DNA of 62,850 nucleotides, the filler included, from Squatina squatina (lineage: Eukaryota), in assembly GCA_031763465.1 (NCBI GenBank). It is 3 parts of 3 records of this genome, joined end to end, with 100 filler letters (N's around TTAATTAATTAA, not from the genome) between each part and the next. Parts side by side here need not be neighbours in the genome. Positions count along the whole stretch, not along the records: positions 1 to 19,946 come from JARFOE010000100.1; positions 20,047 to 38,785 come from JARFOE010000013.1; 1 more part is not named here. One strand, 5' to 3'. The translations under genes were made by a program, and so were the position numbers. The notes beneath the pieces were generated by a model that saw nothing but the letters and a program-made list of their open reading frames with translations, was not told where the DNA came from and ran no database searches. This document shows, in pieces, positions 12,598 through 24,103 of the stretch (positions are counted from its first letter, which is position 1; every line of letters begins with the position of its first letter).

Positions 12598-13265
12598 GTC
12601 AGTACATGTAGGACTTGTCCAGTTTCAACTACCTCATCATGGACAGAAACTGGGATAAGTTTGATACTCCCAAGAAAATATTGCACTAGTCATTTAAAGC
12701 CTTGAACACTATTTGAAAACACAGCTTTCCAGAAGCATTAAATTTGAGGATGATTCACGGACAGGTGCTTCGTATGAACATGCACTTAGTTCTTATTGAT
12801 GCTGCCAGCAGACAAAAATTAGATAAGTGTTCCAAATACCCTGCAATTCACTGTGTGCTCAGCCAATTATTCATTGGTGCTTACATTCTTGAGTCTGGTT
12901 TTGTCTTTAAATTGGTGCTATTTTAAGAACAGACCTTCTGAAACTTGGCAAAAATCCTTTATAGTTTCTACCTGTTGCTGTCGTGGTATTTCATTGGTCT
13001 CTCCATTATACATTCCTTCTTTACATATATTCATTTACTGATCAGTGCTAGATTATCACTATTTTATCAGATTGTATGTTCTGCTTGTAATTCATATTTC
13101 TAAAATCAGACACACTGATAAAGAATATCAAAGGATTCATTGACTTGTTTTTTACTTATGCAACTATCAGTTTGTCAGTAGAAGGGGTCAGGTTTTTTTT
13201 CTGTAATGCTGTTTTGAATGTGTATCTGTCATAAAAGAAACAAATAAAATGTGCTGAAAAATACC
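12598..13265 (+). other. COL3A1: Orphan 3'UTR, probably COL3A1
   Basis: let-7 8mer CTACCTCA (12629-12636), miR-29 sites TGGTGCT (12875-12881) and TGGTGCTA (12913-12920), AATAAA (13243-13248) followed by a GT-rich tract. It lies on + between GULP1(+) and COL5A2(-), where COL3A1 sits in tetrapods. No coding exon is visible. Confidence 0.62.
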
Positions 13266-15199
13266 TTGTTTTGGTTTTACCATTTTAAACTAGGTAGCAT
13301 TGGACGGTGTGACAGCCATATTCCGTCAGCAGAACCGCTGGGTCTCCAGTTAGGGAATTAGGATGCTAAGCACAATCTTTAAATATTGTATTTATCAGTG
13401 GACAAAACAAATTAACTTTTGAAAAGTGGGTTACAGGGACGAGCATTACTAAATCATGCCAGGGAGGGCTGCAACACCTGTCCTCTGAGGAAAAATGATT
13501 AATTTTCTGGTAGACTTCACATACCTATGCCAAACCTCACTGTTTGTCCCTCTCTTAATTGTGTTAAAAATATGGAACTCCCACTATTTAAGACAAAATC
13601 TCTGAATTGGGAATTACTTTTTGCTTGCATTCGTAGCTTTGTGACTTGTTATTTCCTATGTGCTTTTAACCTTCTATAAAACTTAACAATCTTATTGCAG
13701 AGATCCTTTACCAAAGCATGTACACAGTCAGGTTAGAATGTAACTTTTTTAGCATTCCTTATGCAGTTAATATAACAGCAGTTATTTTCAAATTCAAACT
13801 AATTTCTTGGAATTCTATGCTGCAAGAGTTGGTGGCTGAGTGTAAAGTGATACTTATTATCTGTGTGACTTTGAACTTCATCTAAAACTGCATTTAGCTC
13901 TATAAAAGTAACCCCGGTATGACTCAGTTGGCAGGCGCCAAAGCCTTCTGCAACATCTTTCTTATCCTCCGTCAACGCATTGGAGAGCATTCTGAATGCA
14001 TACGTAACTAGTTTTAACTTTCCAAATAGTATGTAAAGCCACATNNNNNNNNNNNNNNNNNNNNNNNNNNNNNNNNNNNNNNNNNNNNNNNNNNNNNNNN
14101 NNNNNNNNNNNNNNNNNNNNNNNNNNNNNNNNNNNNNNNNNNNNCCATTAGTGCCCCTCGGTGGACCTAATGGGGTGCAACAGGAGATGAATTTCTAGCC
14201 CCATGAGTTCAAATCCCACTGTGGCAAATTATGAAATTTAATTCAATGTGAGTTGATATCAGGAACAAGAGCCATTAAAAGGATAATTTGAAAGTCAGCT
14301 GCATGCTTAATTTGTCCATTTACTTGATATAATGAAATTACTGACGAGCTTTACCTTGGCTGATTGCCTTAGGCTATTAGATTTTTTTTCTCATCTGCTC
14401 GCATGTGTCTTTTCTCTGTTTAAAGAATTGACACTGTCCACCACCTCCTGCCAAACAGTTGTTATCCTGTATGGTGGGCTCCTTCGGGTGCCAGACTGGG
14501 CAACTCGCCTTTGCTACGTCTCTGGCAGTATCCAAAGCAACAGCTGAAGTTTGAGATGTTCAGCATCTTTGGGCAGCTAGTTTTCTGCCCAACAACAAGT
14601 CCCAGTAAATAGCAGCAGTCGGGACTGAAAAATGTATCCTTTAAGTGCCTGAATGAAGCTTGCCTCACTCTATCATTAAAAAAAATAGCATTTTTTGAAC
14701 ATTGCACTGTTGGCAGTAAAACTGCTAATGATACATTTCTCCTACCAATAATATGTCAAATGAAGCTGTGTGTTCATGTCTGACCCAAACTAACCTGATC
14801 CTGTCGGCTTGTGTGACGGTTTGTTAAAGGGGTAATTCATCAAGCTTGCTTTACAATCTTTCTCAATCCAACTGATGAGCGTTGCAATGATCTCTTGTTA
14901 TCGATGGACTAAAGTGTTATTCATCATGAATTCCCCCAAAAGATCTGCAGGTCAGTGCAAGTGTGTCTGATGCACAACCATGTATCAGATAGTTGAAAAT
15001 ACTAAAAATACTTCACAGCATAATTGAAAGACTACTGATTATTGTGTATTACTAAATGAAAACCAGCTGATTTATACACAAATCAACCACTTATAAGAAA
15101 ATGGTAATCTGAGTCCAATCCATGCGTTGATATTTTGTATAGGATATTGGCATTAATTTGCTCTCAGCTGAAATCAGCAACAAACTGAAACAGTGAGCT

Positions 15200-15583
15200 C
15201 AAATGACATGAGCAGGGTGTGCTGTGGGGGATTGGAGGCCTCGTGGCAGTAGAGGGTGGGAGGGGGAGAGGTCTCCGATCGCGGCGGGTGGGTTAGACAG
15301 GGACGCTGGATCCACAAGGTAAATGTAAAGGCAGTTACTTCCTGGATCCAGCAGTCCTCGTTTCACAAGGCCTACAAAATCCGACCAGCCACTGTTAAAT
15401 TTAAAGTGGTGTTTAAATCTGAGAAACGCAGGCCTCATTCTAATATTTAAATGGTCAACCAGCCTCCTGAGAGCGGGCTGGCTGCCCGACCCCCATCCTG
15501 CCTCCGTTAAAACCGGAAGTGGACCTATTGGAGGCGGGTTCTAGCCAGGATTCAAATTTTTATCACTTTACCTTCCCACACGA
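15200..15583. repeat. GC-rich interspersed repeat fragment (MITE-like)
   Basis: Abrupt CpG/GC-rich island in AT-rich context, similar in style to other TIR-element fragments in the window; no terminus is visible. Confidence 0.4.
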
Positions 15584-16810
15584 NNNNNNNNNNNNNNNNN
15601 NNNNNNNNNNNNNNNNNNNNNNNNNNNNNNNNNNNNNNNNNNNNNNNNNNNNNNNNNNNNNNNNNNNNNNNNNNNNNNNNNNNAACTACACTGTTAAATC
15701 AATGCTATTTAAAAGTGTACCAAAGGCAAAAGTTACTGCGATGTAAAACAAGTAGTATGCAAAAAGTGTTGAGGAATGTAAAGTAAATAGTATTAATGAA
15801 GAACTGCAATCTTACAAAATAAATGCTCAGAAGAACGAACGGCCAACTACAAGTGTTTTGCGATCTGAAGCGACCAATTGATCATGCAATTGAATACAGG
15901 TGCTGTAGTTACTTTTATAATAGCATTTTGAAGGGCAAAGTACAAAAAGAAAGGACCCAAACCACTGAAACTTTAAAGAAATAATCATGCAAATACAATA
16001 ACTGGGTTCCCTATATCAGTCATAATAAAGGTAAAAATTTGGTAGTTGAATATAATTTGTAAGAGTTTAATATTATTGAAGTAAATACAAACATTTTATA
16101 AATTATATTTTAATTTCTCTTCACTGAATGTTGAATGTTTCCATTGTATTTTGAGGTAAATTTGAGATCTGTATGTCTTTTAACAAAGATGCATCATCTA
16201 GTGGGTTCATTATAAGAATGACTACCATTACTGCTTAAAGGTGGTGAAGCAAGTTGGAGTGAGAGACACTTTGTTGATGCCATGATCACTCAGTTACCTA
16301 GTTTATGAGTTTACAATCATTATTGGTGGGGAAAAAACAATTAATTCAACCAAAATGTATTTCTGGTTTCCTTGTAAAATGGTCCTTTTTATTGGAGAAT
16401 TAAAGAACATTGTTGAAGAGATAGAGAGAGAGAGAGACATTGCAAAATGGACTTGCCTACATGCTTTAGCTTTCAAGACATGCAGACTCTTCTATTATTA
16501 ATTGATTTGAGAGATAAGGAACACCATTCATACTCAAGTATATTGACACAACAGTAATATTAAAATGAATATCAACATGGCATTAATGTTGNNNNNNNNN
16601 NNNNNNNNNNNNNNNNNNNNNNNNNNNNNNNNNNNNNNNNNNNNNNNNNNNNNNNNNNNNNNNNNNNNNNNNNNNNNNNNNNNNNNNNNNNNNNNNNNNN
16701 NNNNNNNNNNNNNNNNNNNNNNNNNNNNNNNNNNNNNNNNNNNNNNNNNNNNNNNNNNNNNNNNNNNNNNNNNNNNNNNNNNNNNNNNNNNNNNNNNNNN
16801 NNNNNNNNNN

Positions 16811-17311
16811 TGTAAGTGGGGTGGGAAAGCTTGCTATTGGAGCATAGTCTAAGGAACAGATAGGAGGACTCATTGCGGACTCCCCGCAGGGAGCAGTGCT
16901 GGCAGGGAATGTGCGTCAAAGAACCTGGGGTACAAAGCTGTAACCCTGTCTCTAATCCAAGTTTCCTGTCAGTGCACTAAATCACCTCCAGCAACTATTA
17001 GATGGAACATTCTCAAAAGTGAACATTTTTTAAACTAAATTTGAAATCTTTTTTAGATTTTATAGCATGAAAATCTTACTGTTTTCATTCCTGTTACATA
17101 AGAGCCAATGGTTATTACTGTACTAAAAACTGCCCGGAATCTTCCACAGTTTTTAATCACATCTTAGTTTTACCAACAGGGTTCATATGAACAATAAATA
17201 ATTGTTGTGAAGGGCTGGAAAGTCTAAGTACTTATATATACAGTGCTGATTAGATCAGCCATTAATTCAAGAGTCCAGGAATGCCTTCAAAGTCTCCAAG
17301 TCCTTTTATTT
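16811..17311 (-). other. COL5A2: COL5A2 proximal 3'UTR (probably continues past the gap into 15684-16591)
   Basis: Contiguous with the COL5A2 stop codon at 17312-17314. Confidence 0.75.
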
Positions 17312-17458
17312 TTACAAGAAGCAAACTGGGCCAATTTCAATGCCAAATTCCTGATTGGGGGCACCAATATCTATAGGCGCAATATCCACAAGGGGCAGGC
17401 GTGCTGTGTTCTGTGTTCGATATTCAAAGACTGTCTTGCCCCAACTACCAGTATGTTT
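17312..17458 (-). CDS. COL5A2: Collagen alpha-2(V) terminal exon (COLFI C-propeptide end)
   Basis: ctgcag| acceptor; [60 protein letters not shown] matches COL5A2; strand and position relative to GULP1 fit synteny. Confidence 0.88.
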   Translation of the reverse strand, partial: KHTGSWGKTVFEYRTQNTARLPLVDIAPIDIGAPNQEFGIEIGPVCFL

Positions 17459-18016
17459 CTGCAGAGAGAAAAGATACACACAAGAAAGAATGTTATAAAA
17501 ATCTACTGTAACATGGCATGGCATTGGCAATTATATATTACAGAAATGTTTATTTCATTGCTACATGGTCACCACCCTTCATTCAAATTATAGAGAATTT
17601 TAAGAGATTTGTCGTCAAGAGTTTTTAGATCTGTCATTAGTATTCAGTTGAGATTTCTACTGTAATCCAATGCTATATGTTTATAATTATCACATGAATG
17701 CACTTTACACAATCATGTTTATTCAATGTTTTGACTGAAGGTTTTAATCAAGTATCTTATCTTTCCAGATCATAGAATCTCAATGAGCATTTGTAGAATC
17801 ATACAAAGCCCATCTGTTCCCCTAACTTTCAGAGAGAAGTCAGTGGAATGATAGGACTTAGTTTCCATGCACTTCAGCAAAGATTTCTCTACACAGAGAA
17901 TGGTAACCAGCTGATTTACCAATACTGCACACACACAGAATTTATTACCATGAACTTTAAATTAACATTTATTAATCAGCCTTTTCATTAGCAGCATTAA
18001 GAGAAAATGGGAAATA

Positions 18017-18225
18017 ACCTGTATCAATATTGCATCTTTCACACCTGCGGCATGTTCCAAAAGTGCTTTACAATCTGTGAATTAGAGGGTTTTGTACAGA
18101 AATGCAGCAACCAATTTGTGCATAGCATGATCTCACAAACCAATGAGTTGAATGATCAGTTAATCTATATATGGTCATTGAGGGAGGACATTTGGCCAGG
18201 ACACCAACACAACTCCTCACTCTGT
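18017..18225 (-). mobile_element. Degenerate SacSINE1/DeuSINE-like SINE, 3' half
   Basis: Reverse-complement similarity to the SINE copies at 21698 and 56004 (AAAGTGCTTTAC, CCAATTTGTGCA, TTGAGGGA...TTGGCCAGGACACC). Confidence 0.6.
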
Positions 18226-19548
18226 TGGTCTAGAACAGGTCTTTAGGTCAATGCATGTAGGTCAGGTTGCTGATTTAGCTGACTGCGGGTGGAGTAGCAG
18301 TGTACATGATATAACTGGCCTCATCACCTGTGGCTTAAGGAGAGGGAAAATTGGGCAAGGCTCCCACTCCTAATTGCTATTCTAGAAACACTGCTGGAGG
18401 TGCATGTCTGGCTAGGATGCTCCCCATAGTGAAATAGTCTGCAGGCACTCACTGTTTAGGCTCACACATGAAGAATAGCCCACTTGGCTAGGTATCAGAT
18501 GGTGATGGAAGTCCGCAAAAACACGGAGGCAGCACCTTTACCAGAGGAGGGGCGGAGGAGAGAAAACTGGCAAAAAATAGTTCCTCAGCTGGAAGGATGA
18601 ACAAAACACATGCTGCTGAATATATAAAGGATGTTATTCTGGCCTGTGTGTAACTATATTAGATTTTTACATATCATTCAGTTTTGATCGAACATAAACC
18701 AAATTAAGTTCCTCAGGGATTTCCATCGATCTTCCGTCAAAGTCACGGCAGACAATCAGAAGAACTCTCTGTGGGATTTCCAGGTATCACAACCTATAGC
18801 TGGAGCACTGCAGCAGCAGCATCTTTCTTTACATTTTACAGAGGATTGTCACAGTTATTATAAGTTGCTCTTCAGAGTTTACTTCCGCAGACAGCAAAGC
18901 AATTAACTGTTTAAGCCATCCTTGTGTGAATGTTAAATGTTATGATGGCAGCACTAATTCTGTTATCCAGTCTTCTAATAGGAACTTACCACTCTGATGT
19001 GGGTAAGCAACAAATCATGGGAAAATCTCCTAAAATGGCAGCATTTTACTGGATAATCATACTGTGTACCCATTGCAAACAAATCTTTCATTATTTATTG
19101 TCAGTGTGGAGATAAGGATCAGTAACTTGTTGCTACTATTAGNNNNNNNNNNNNNNNNNNNNNNNNNNNNNNNNNNNNNNNNNNNNNNNNNNNNNNNNNN
19201 NNNNNNNNNNNNNNNNNNNNNNNNNNNNNNNNNNNNNNNNNNAACCCGTCTCCTGTGGCGAAATCGCAGCCCTTATGTCTACTTTAATTATTATATAACT
19301 ACTGCTTTGTCTTATCTATTGATTACATGTAAGTTGATTTTTGTTTTGTTGTTGTTTCGGAGTATAAACGCTGCATCCACCTTCAACGTACCAGAATCTT
19401 TCAACAAGGATCCGGGACAATTTCAATGTGTTTTTGAAACCTTTCGTGACCCTAACTACAGATGAATGTAGCTGGAAAATATATTTGTTGAACAAGGAAA
19501 AGCACAATTCGTATACTTGCAAATACTGTGCAGTGTTCTTTTACTTAC

Positions 19549-19739
19549 TTGTAATCCACCATTCATAGATTCACCAAACCATAAGTGTCTATCATCAGCA
19601 GCATTCCTTTTGCTCCACCAGGTTTTGCGTGGTATTTCAGATGGGTCAGCAAGAATGCAGGTCTCACCAGTGTCCATATTGCAATATATTTTAATAGCAT
19701 CCTCAACACAACCCTGGTTAGGATCAATCCAGTACTCCC
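19549..19739 (-). CDS. COL5A2: Collagen alpha-2(V) C-propeptide (COLFI) exon
   Basis: ttacag|...|gtaagt; 191 nt; [70 protein letters not shown] and PRKTWW are COL5A2-like. The exon between this one and the terminal exon is missing (gap). Confidence 0.88.
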
Positions 19740-19946
19740 CTGTAAAATAAATTCACATTTAGATATTCAAGTATTTAATCATCTATATTTTAACATGTAA
19801 GAAGTTAACACTTTCCTGTTCTACATGTGTGCCGGTATCACATTAGAAAACTTGGAACAAGAAAAGCCCATTTGTCTCACAAGGCTGTCTCCCCTGAGCA
19901 GCCTATGTTCAATTTGCCCTACCACAGACTCTACCTGTCTGATTTA

Positions 19947-20046
19947 NNNNNNNNNNNNNNNNNNNNNNNNNNNNNNNNNNNNNNNNNNNNTTAATTAATT
20001 AANNNNNNNNNNNNNNNNNNNNNNNNNNNNNNNNNNNNNNNNNNNN
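19947..20046. other. Artificial scaffold linker 44N-TTAATTAATTAA-44N
   Basis: TTAATTAATTAA (stops in all six frames) at 19991-20002, centred in exactly 100 bp; separates non-syntenic gene blocks. Confidence 0.95.
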
Positions 20047-20124
20047 TCTCATTGAATGGCGGAGCAGGCTCGAAGGGCCGAATGGCCTACTCCTGCTCCT
20101 ATCTTCTATGTTTCTTTGTTTCTC
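20047..20124 (+). mobile_element. CR1/HER1-type LINE 3' tail
   Basis: GAATGGCGGAGCAGGCTCGAAGGGCCGAATGGCCTACTCCTGCTCCTAT followed by a short (TGTTTCT)n tail. Confidence 0.85.
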
Positions 20125-20213
20125 TGACAGCGGTGCTGATTTAACTCTGAACTGCTAAAAAAATTCAGAACAGTTAAGATTGTTGTTTAACTCCTTCGAA
20201 AAGAGTTGGGGTT

Positions 20214-20930
20214 GGGGCAAGATTTTGGGCTTGATAGCAACCGTTATTTGGGTGCTGTGGGTGTTTTTAGAGGTGCAAAATGGCATCTGAGGCACGCACC
20301 CACACTTGTGGCGCAATGTGGGCCGGACACCATCTTGGTATAGTAGCAGTGAACGTCCATCGGAAGTATGCAGAGCAGGCATATCACTATATTAATTAGC
20401 ATGCATTGCTGATTTGGTGCCAGCACTGTCATTTTTCAGCTTAACGGTCCAACCAATGCACTCTCTTAAACTCGCACAGCTGAACACACATTAAACAGCA
20501 GGAAGGACCCCTCACCAGCGCTATTTAAAGGGATCATTAACTACTTACAGGTTAGTTGCTGGTTTATTTCTTCTGGTTGTTGCTACAATTCTACACATTT
20601 TTGGTACTTTCTATAGTTGTTGCAAGTTTCAAAAGTCAACAGGGAATGGTGTGGCAGATGCTGAATCTCCAGCCACAAAGCACCTCCCCTTTAAGAGGTG
20701 CAGTCTAGCTTTAAATAGTGCAGTCTAGCTTTAAGTAGTGCTAAGAAGGATCAATTTTGGGCCCCATGCTGATGCGTGCTGCCGATTTAGCGCTGGTTGC
20801 ATGCAGAAATCATGTAAATGAGCAGGTAGCATGAAGAGGCTGTGCTGCCGACATTACACTGAACAGTCCCAGGTTAATCATGCATTGCGATACCCATACC
20901 TGTTTTCAGGGGCTCTCCAATTTGGATACA
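20214..20930 (+). mobile_element. Non-autonomous, internally deleted Harbinger-type DNA transposon
   Basis: 20214-20600 aligns by eye with the reverse complement of 50490-50860, which abuts a HARBI1-like transposase fragment (shared CAGCAGGAAGGAyCCCTCACCAGCGnTATTTAAAGGGATCAT). The right end is approximate. Confidence 0.7.
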
Positions 20931-21300
20931 TTCCTGCCTAGGAATGGGATTAAAGGCTACATGCAAATTTTAATTAAATACTCCTTATAACACAATATTC
21001 TCCGTGGTTGGGACCAAGATGTTGTCTGTGTGAAGCACCTAGCCAATGTTGAATGGTAGAAATGAATAGATAAGTTTCAGTTGATTGACTTTGAGAATCA
21101 GGGCGCATATGTGCTGAATTCTGCCTCACAAAATTTAATGAATGATAAAATTCCACAATAGGATGGAATGAGTGTGATCTGTGCAAGGCCCAGATTGATT
21201 CACATTTAAGATTTTGTAATGTCTTTAATTTTTTTTCACATTTGTCACTGCTCTTTTTTTGGTAGTTAATAGTACACAAGTTTCTAAATTTCTTTTTCAG

Positions 21301-21494
21301 GCTTTAAATTATTGTTGGAAGTTTTTAGTGTTATGCATGGTCCACAAGAAGAGTGTGTTAAAGCTTTGAAAAATGGTCACTTGTTAGCCATCTCACCAGG
21401 TGGTGTCCGTGAAGCACTCTTTAGTGATGAGACGTATAGCATCTTTTGGAGTGGTCGGAAGGGATTCGCTCAGGTGGCAATTGATGCTCAAGTG
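21301..21494 (+). CDS. TMEM68: TMEM68 (DIESL) acyltransferase internal exon
   Basis: tttcag|...|gtgagt; 194 nt; GFKLLLEVFSVMHGPQEECVKALKNGHLLAISPGGVREALFSDETYSIFWSGRKGFAQVAIDAQV. Confidence 0.95.
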
Positions 21495-21697
21495 GTGAGT
21501 ATAGCTGAGCTGTGTTTTTTTCTTAAGAATGAATTATCTACTACTTCAGTCTGTATTTTGTGTCTGTCCATATACTTTCAATGTTTTCTTTCCCAAAGGA
21601 AAATCTTCATAGTTCCTCATGTTTGCTGCTATTCAGGTGGCTGTGGATCCCTTTGTAGCTTCCATTGCTACGGTGATTGCATCAATTGCCAAGCAGA

Positions 21698-22066
21698 GTG
21701 AGTACAAGTACCACTCCAGATACTTGAGCACAAAAATCTCGGCTGACATTCCAGTGCACTACTGAAGGAGTGCTGCACTGTCAGAGGTACCGTCTTCTCA
21801 GGTGGATGTAAAAGACCACATGGCACTATTTCAAAGAGCAGGGGATTTATCCCTGATGTCCTTGTCAATATTTATCCCTCAATCAACACCACAAAAAAAG
21901 ATTATAAAGATTATCTGGTCATTATCACATTGCTTTTTGAGAGATCTTGCTGTGCACAAATTGGCTGCCACTTTTCCTACATTACAACAGTGACTCTACT
22001 TCAAAAGTAAAGTACTTGCAATGTCCTGAGGTTGTGCAAGACGCTATATAAATGCAAGCCTTTTTT
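21698..22066 (+). mobile_element. SacSINE1/DeuSINE-like tRNA-derived SINE (5' truncated, internal deletion)
   Basis: Deu-domain-like GAGTGCTGCACTGTCAGAGGT..CGTCTT and tail GCTATATAAATGCAAG; a close homologue is at 56004-56413. Confidence 0.8.
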
Positions 22067-22719
22067 AATATGAGAGATAGTTTTAAACAAGCTGTGGTCC
22101 CCATCTCAATTAACTTTTGGGCAGTGGTGCAGCATACTCAGTGGCAGAAAATGAACTTGCATTGGTGATTCTCCAATTATGAGTTTTACCCAGTCTCAGT
22201 CGTATTATTACGGGAGACCAAGCAGTGAGAATCTAATTTGAATTACATTAGCAAAGCTCAGAGAAATGGCTGCCTATCCCCCCACCCCCTGCTTAATTGT
22301 GGAACGGTATGTGGCACAGAGGATTAAATAGTGAAAACTGACTGGTACAAGTGCACACAACAAGAGAAATATCTTTATGCAAGTATCATTTTGTATGGAA
22401 TTGCAACTAAAACAGAATCTTTCTAAAAATGAACTTATATAAAATTACAGTCTACTAACTTGAAGTTTCTTCGAATTGTCTGTTAATTCAAATTGAAATT
22501 ATGCAAAAACAATAAATTAAAATTTCTCAATTCATACTACTGATTTTGTTGAATTTATTGAACAAAATTTAATTTTGAATTAGCAGCAGTAGATGTAAAG
22601 GCATTTGCAATTAACTCTTGAATACTGCAGTCACACATTCATTTTAAAAAGAAAAATTAGTTTTCAAGCTTCTTTAAAACACAATTTGTTCCGCTGTGAA
22701 TTGTGTTTTCAAACTTAAT

Positions 22720-23008
22720 GGCCTGGATTTTGCGGTAAAAGTAAGTGAGGCTATCAGCACTCCCTGTTATTAAAGAATACATCAGATATCAACTTCCGGT
22801 GACTGCTCATGCTCAGTAAAGCATGGACATCAGGAAGTTGCTGTCCAAGTTGTCCTCTAGAAGCTTCGCTACCAGTATCTCACCTAGAGACTCGCCATTG
22901 AAACACATGGGAACTCGTGAAGTTGCTGTACTTACCCACTAGATACCCACTAAACTAGCCAGAAAAAGATAAGGATTATCCATTCTAATGTAAGTGGATT
23001 TTTAATGG
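22720..23008 (+). mobile_element. TIR element (MITE-like), left end
   Basis: Starts AAT|GGCCTGGATTTTGC; about 120 nt are homologous to the reverse complement of 61000-61127. Confidence 0.6.
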
Positions 23009-24042
23009 NNNNNNNNNNNNNNNNNNNNNNNNNNNNNNNNNNNNNNNNNNNNNNNNNNNNNNNNNNNNNNNNNNNNNNNNNNNNNNNNNNNNNNNNNNNN
23101 NNNNNNNNGTACATATACCTAAAAATGAAATTTATACGAAAAGAAGTACTAAACCTACCTATAAAGTTAGCTAAATTTATGTTACTAATGCTTCCAAGAA
23201 GTTTTCACTGCAAGCCCTGCCCTTCTCCCTTGGCCTGGCACTTAAATTCTGCTATTTTCTTGGTGCTTGGGTCGAGAAGTTCTAGCTTCTTTTGATAAAT
23301 TGTGAGAGACAGATATAATTATGGGTGTTATGTCATCCCTCTTTTGTGGAACTGTAATATGTAGAGTGCACTATAGCAACTTGTGTCACACAATACTGCA
23401 ACTAGGCAGATAACACTGAAGGGCTAGCAGCAGAAAAAGCCTGTAGTTCATAAATATTCTGCTCCCTGATGCGCTGTTGAAAATATCAGTGGTGTAAAGT
23501 TATAGTTTTTTATTTTAGTTGCTGAGAGATCTGATAGCAGCATCCAGGTCAGAAGAGAGGTTTTTTAATGCTGAGCTCTGACATTGCTGCTGGAATCAGT
23601 CAGTCAGATCTGGCCTCTCATTTATTCTGTGGTGCCAGCTTATGCCAAGAAGTTCTACAAATTCACCATGGGTTAGTGCTGTTAGTGATTAATGTGTCCA
23701 GTTCAAATGATCATTAACCAATTCATTATTATATCAAAAGGTGTCTGTTTCCAATGCATGCTGGTTATCTCATGATTCACTTTGTATGTGGCACTCTTAA
23801 GCAGCATGGCATTATCTCTCCTCTCCAATATAGTACAATAAGAGAATATTAATGCTTTATTTTGTTCCATTCTTGGCTCTTGAAGGTATCCATTTAAGTA
23901 CAGAATAATTCAATGAATCATCTTTTCACAACATTATTTGTGTTAATTGGTTAAAATGTATATTCCTAAAAGATTTTTATGATATACAGTATGCTTTTGT
24001 AAAAGGTTTTCAGTGGTTTCTATGACTGTTTTCCATCTTTAG

Positions 24043-24103
24043 CCCATTATTCCTATGTTTACACGGAATATTCGAGAAGGATTTAGAACATTTGGTTGTT
24101 TTG
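24043..24103 (+). CDS. TMEM68: TMEM68 internal exon
   Basis: ctttag|...|gtaagt; 61 nt; PIIPMFTRNIREGFRTFGCF follows the previous exon in phase (human PIIPMFTQNIREGFRSLG). Confidence 0.93.

Noticed and set aside
4439-17311. Apparent loss of COL3A1 coding exons and the last GULP1 exon
   Set aside because: The interval has many N gaps and every gene in the window is missing exons; a COL3A1-like UTR is present.
19991-20002. TTAATTAATTAA as a homeodomain site or PacI-type biological motif
   Set aside because: It is centred exactly within 44+44 Ns and occurs twice in the same layout, so it is a synthetic spacer.
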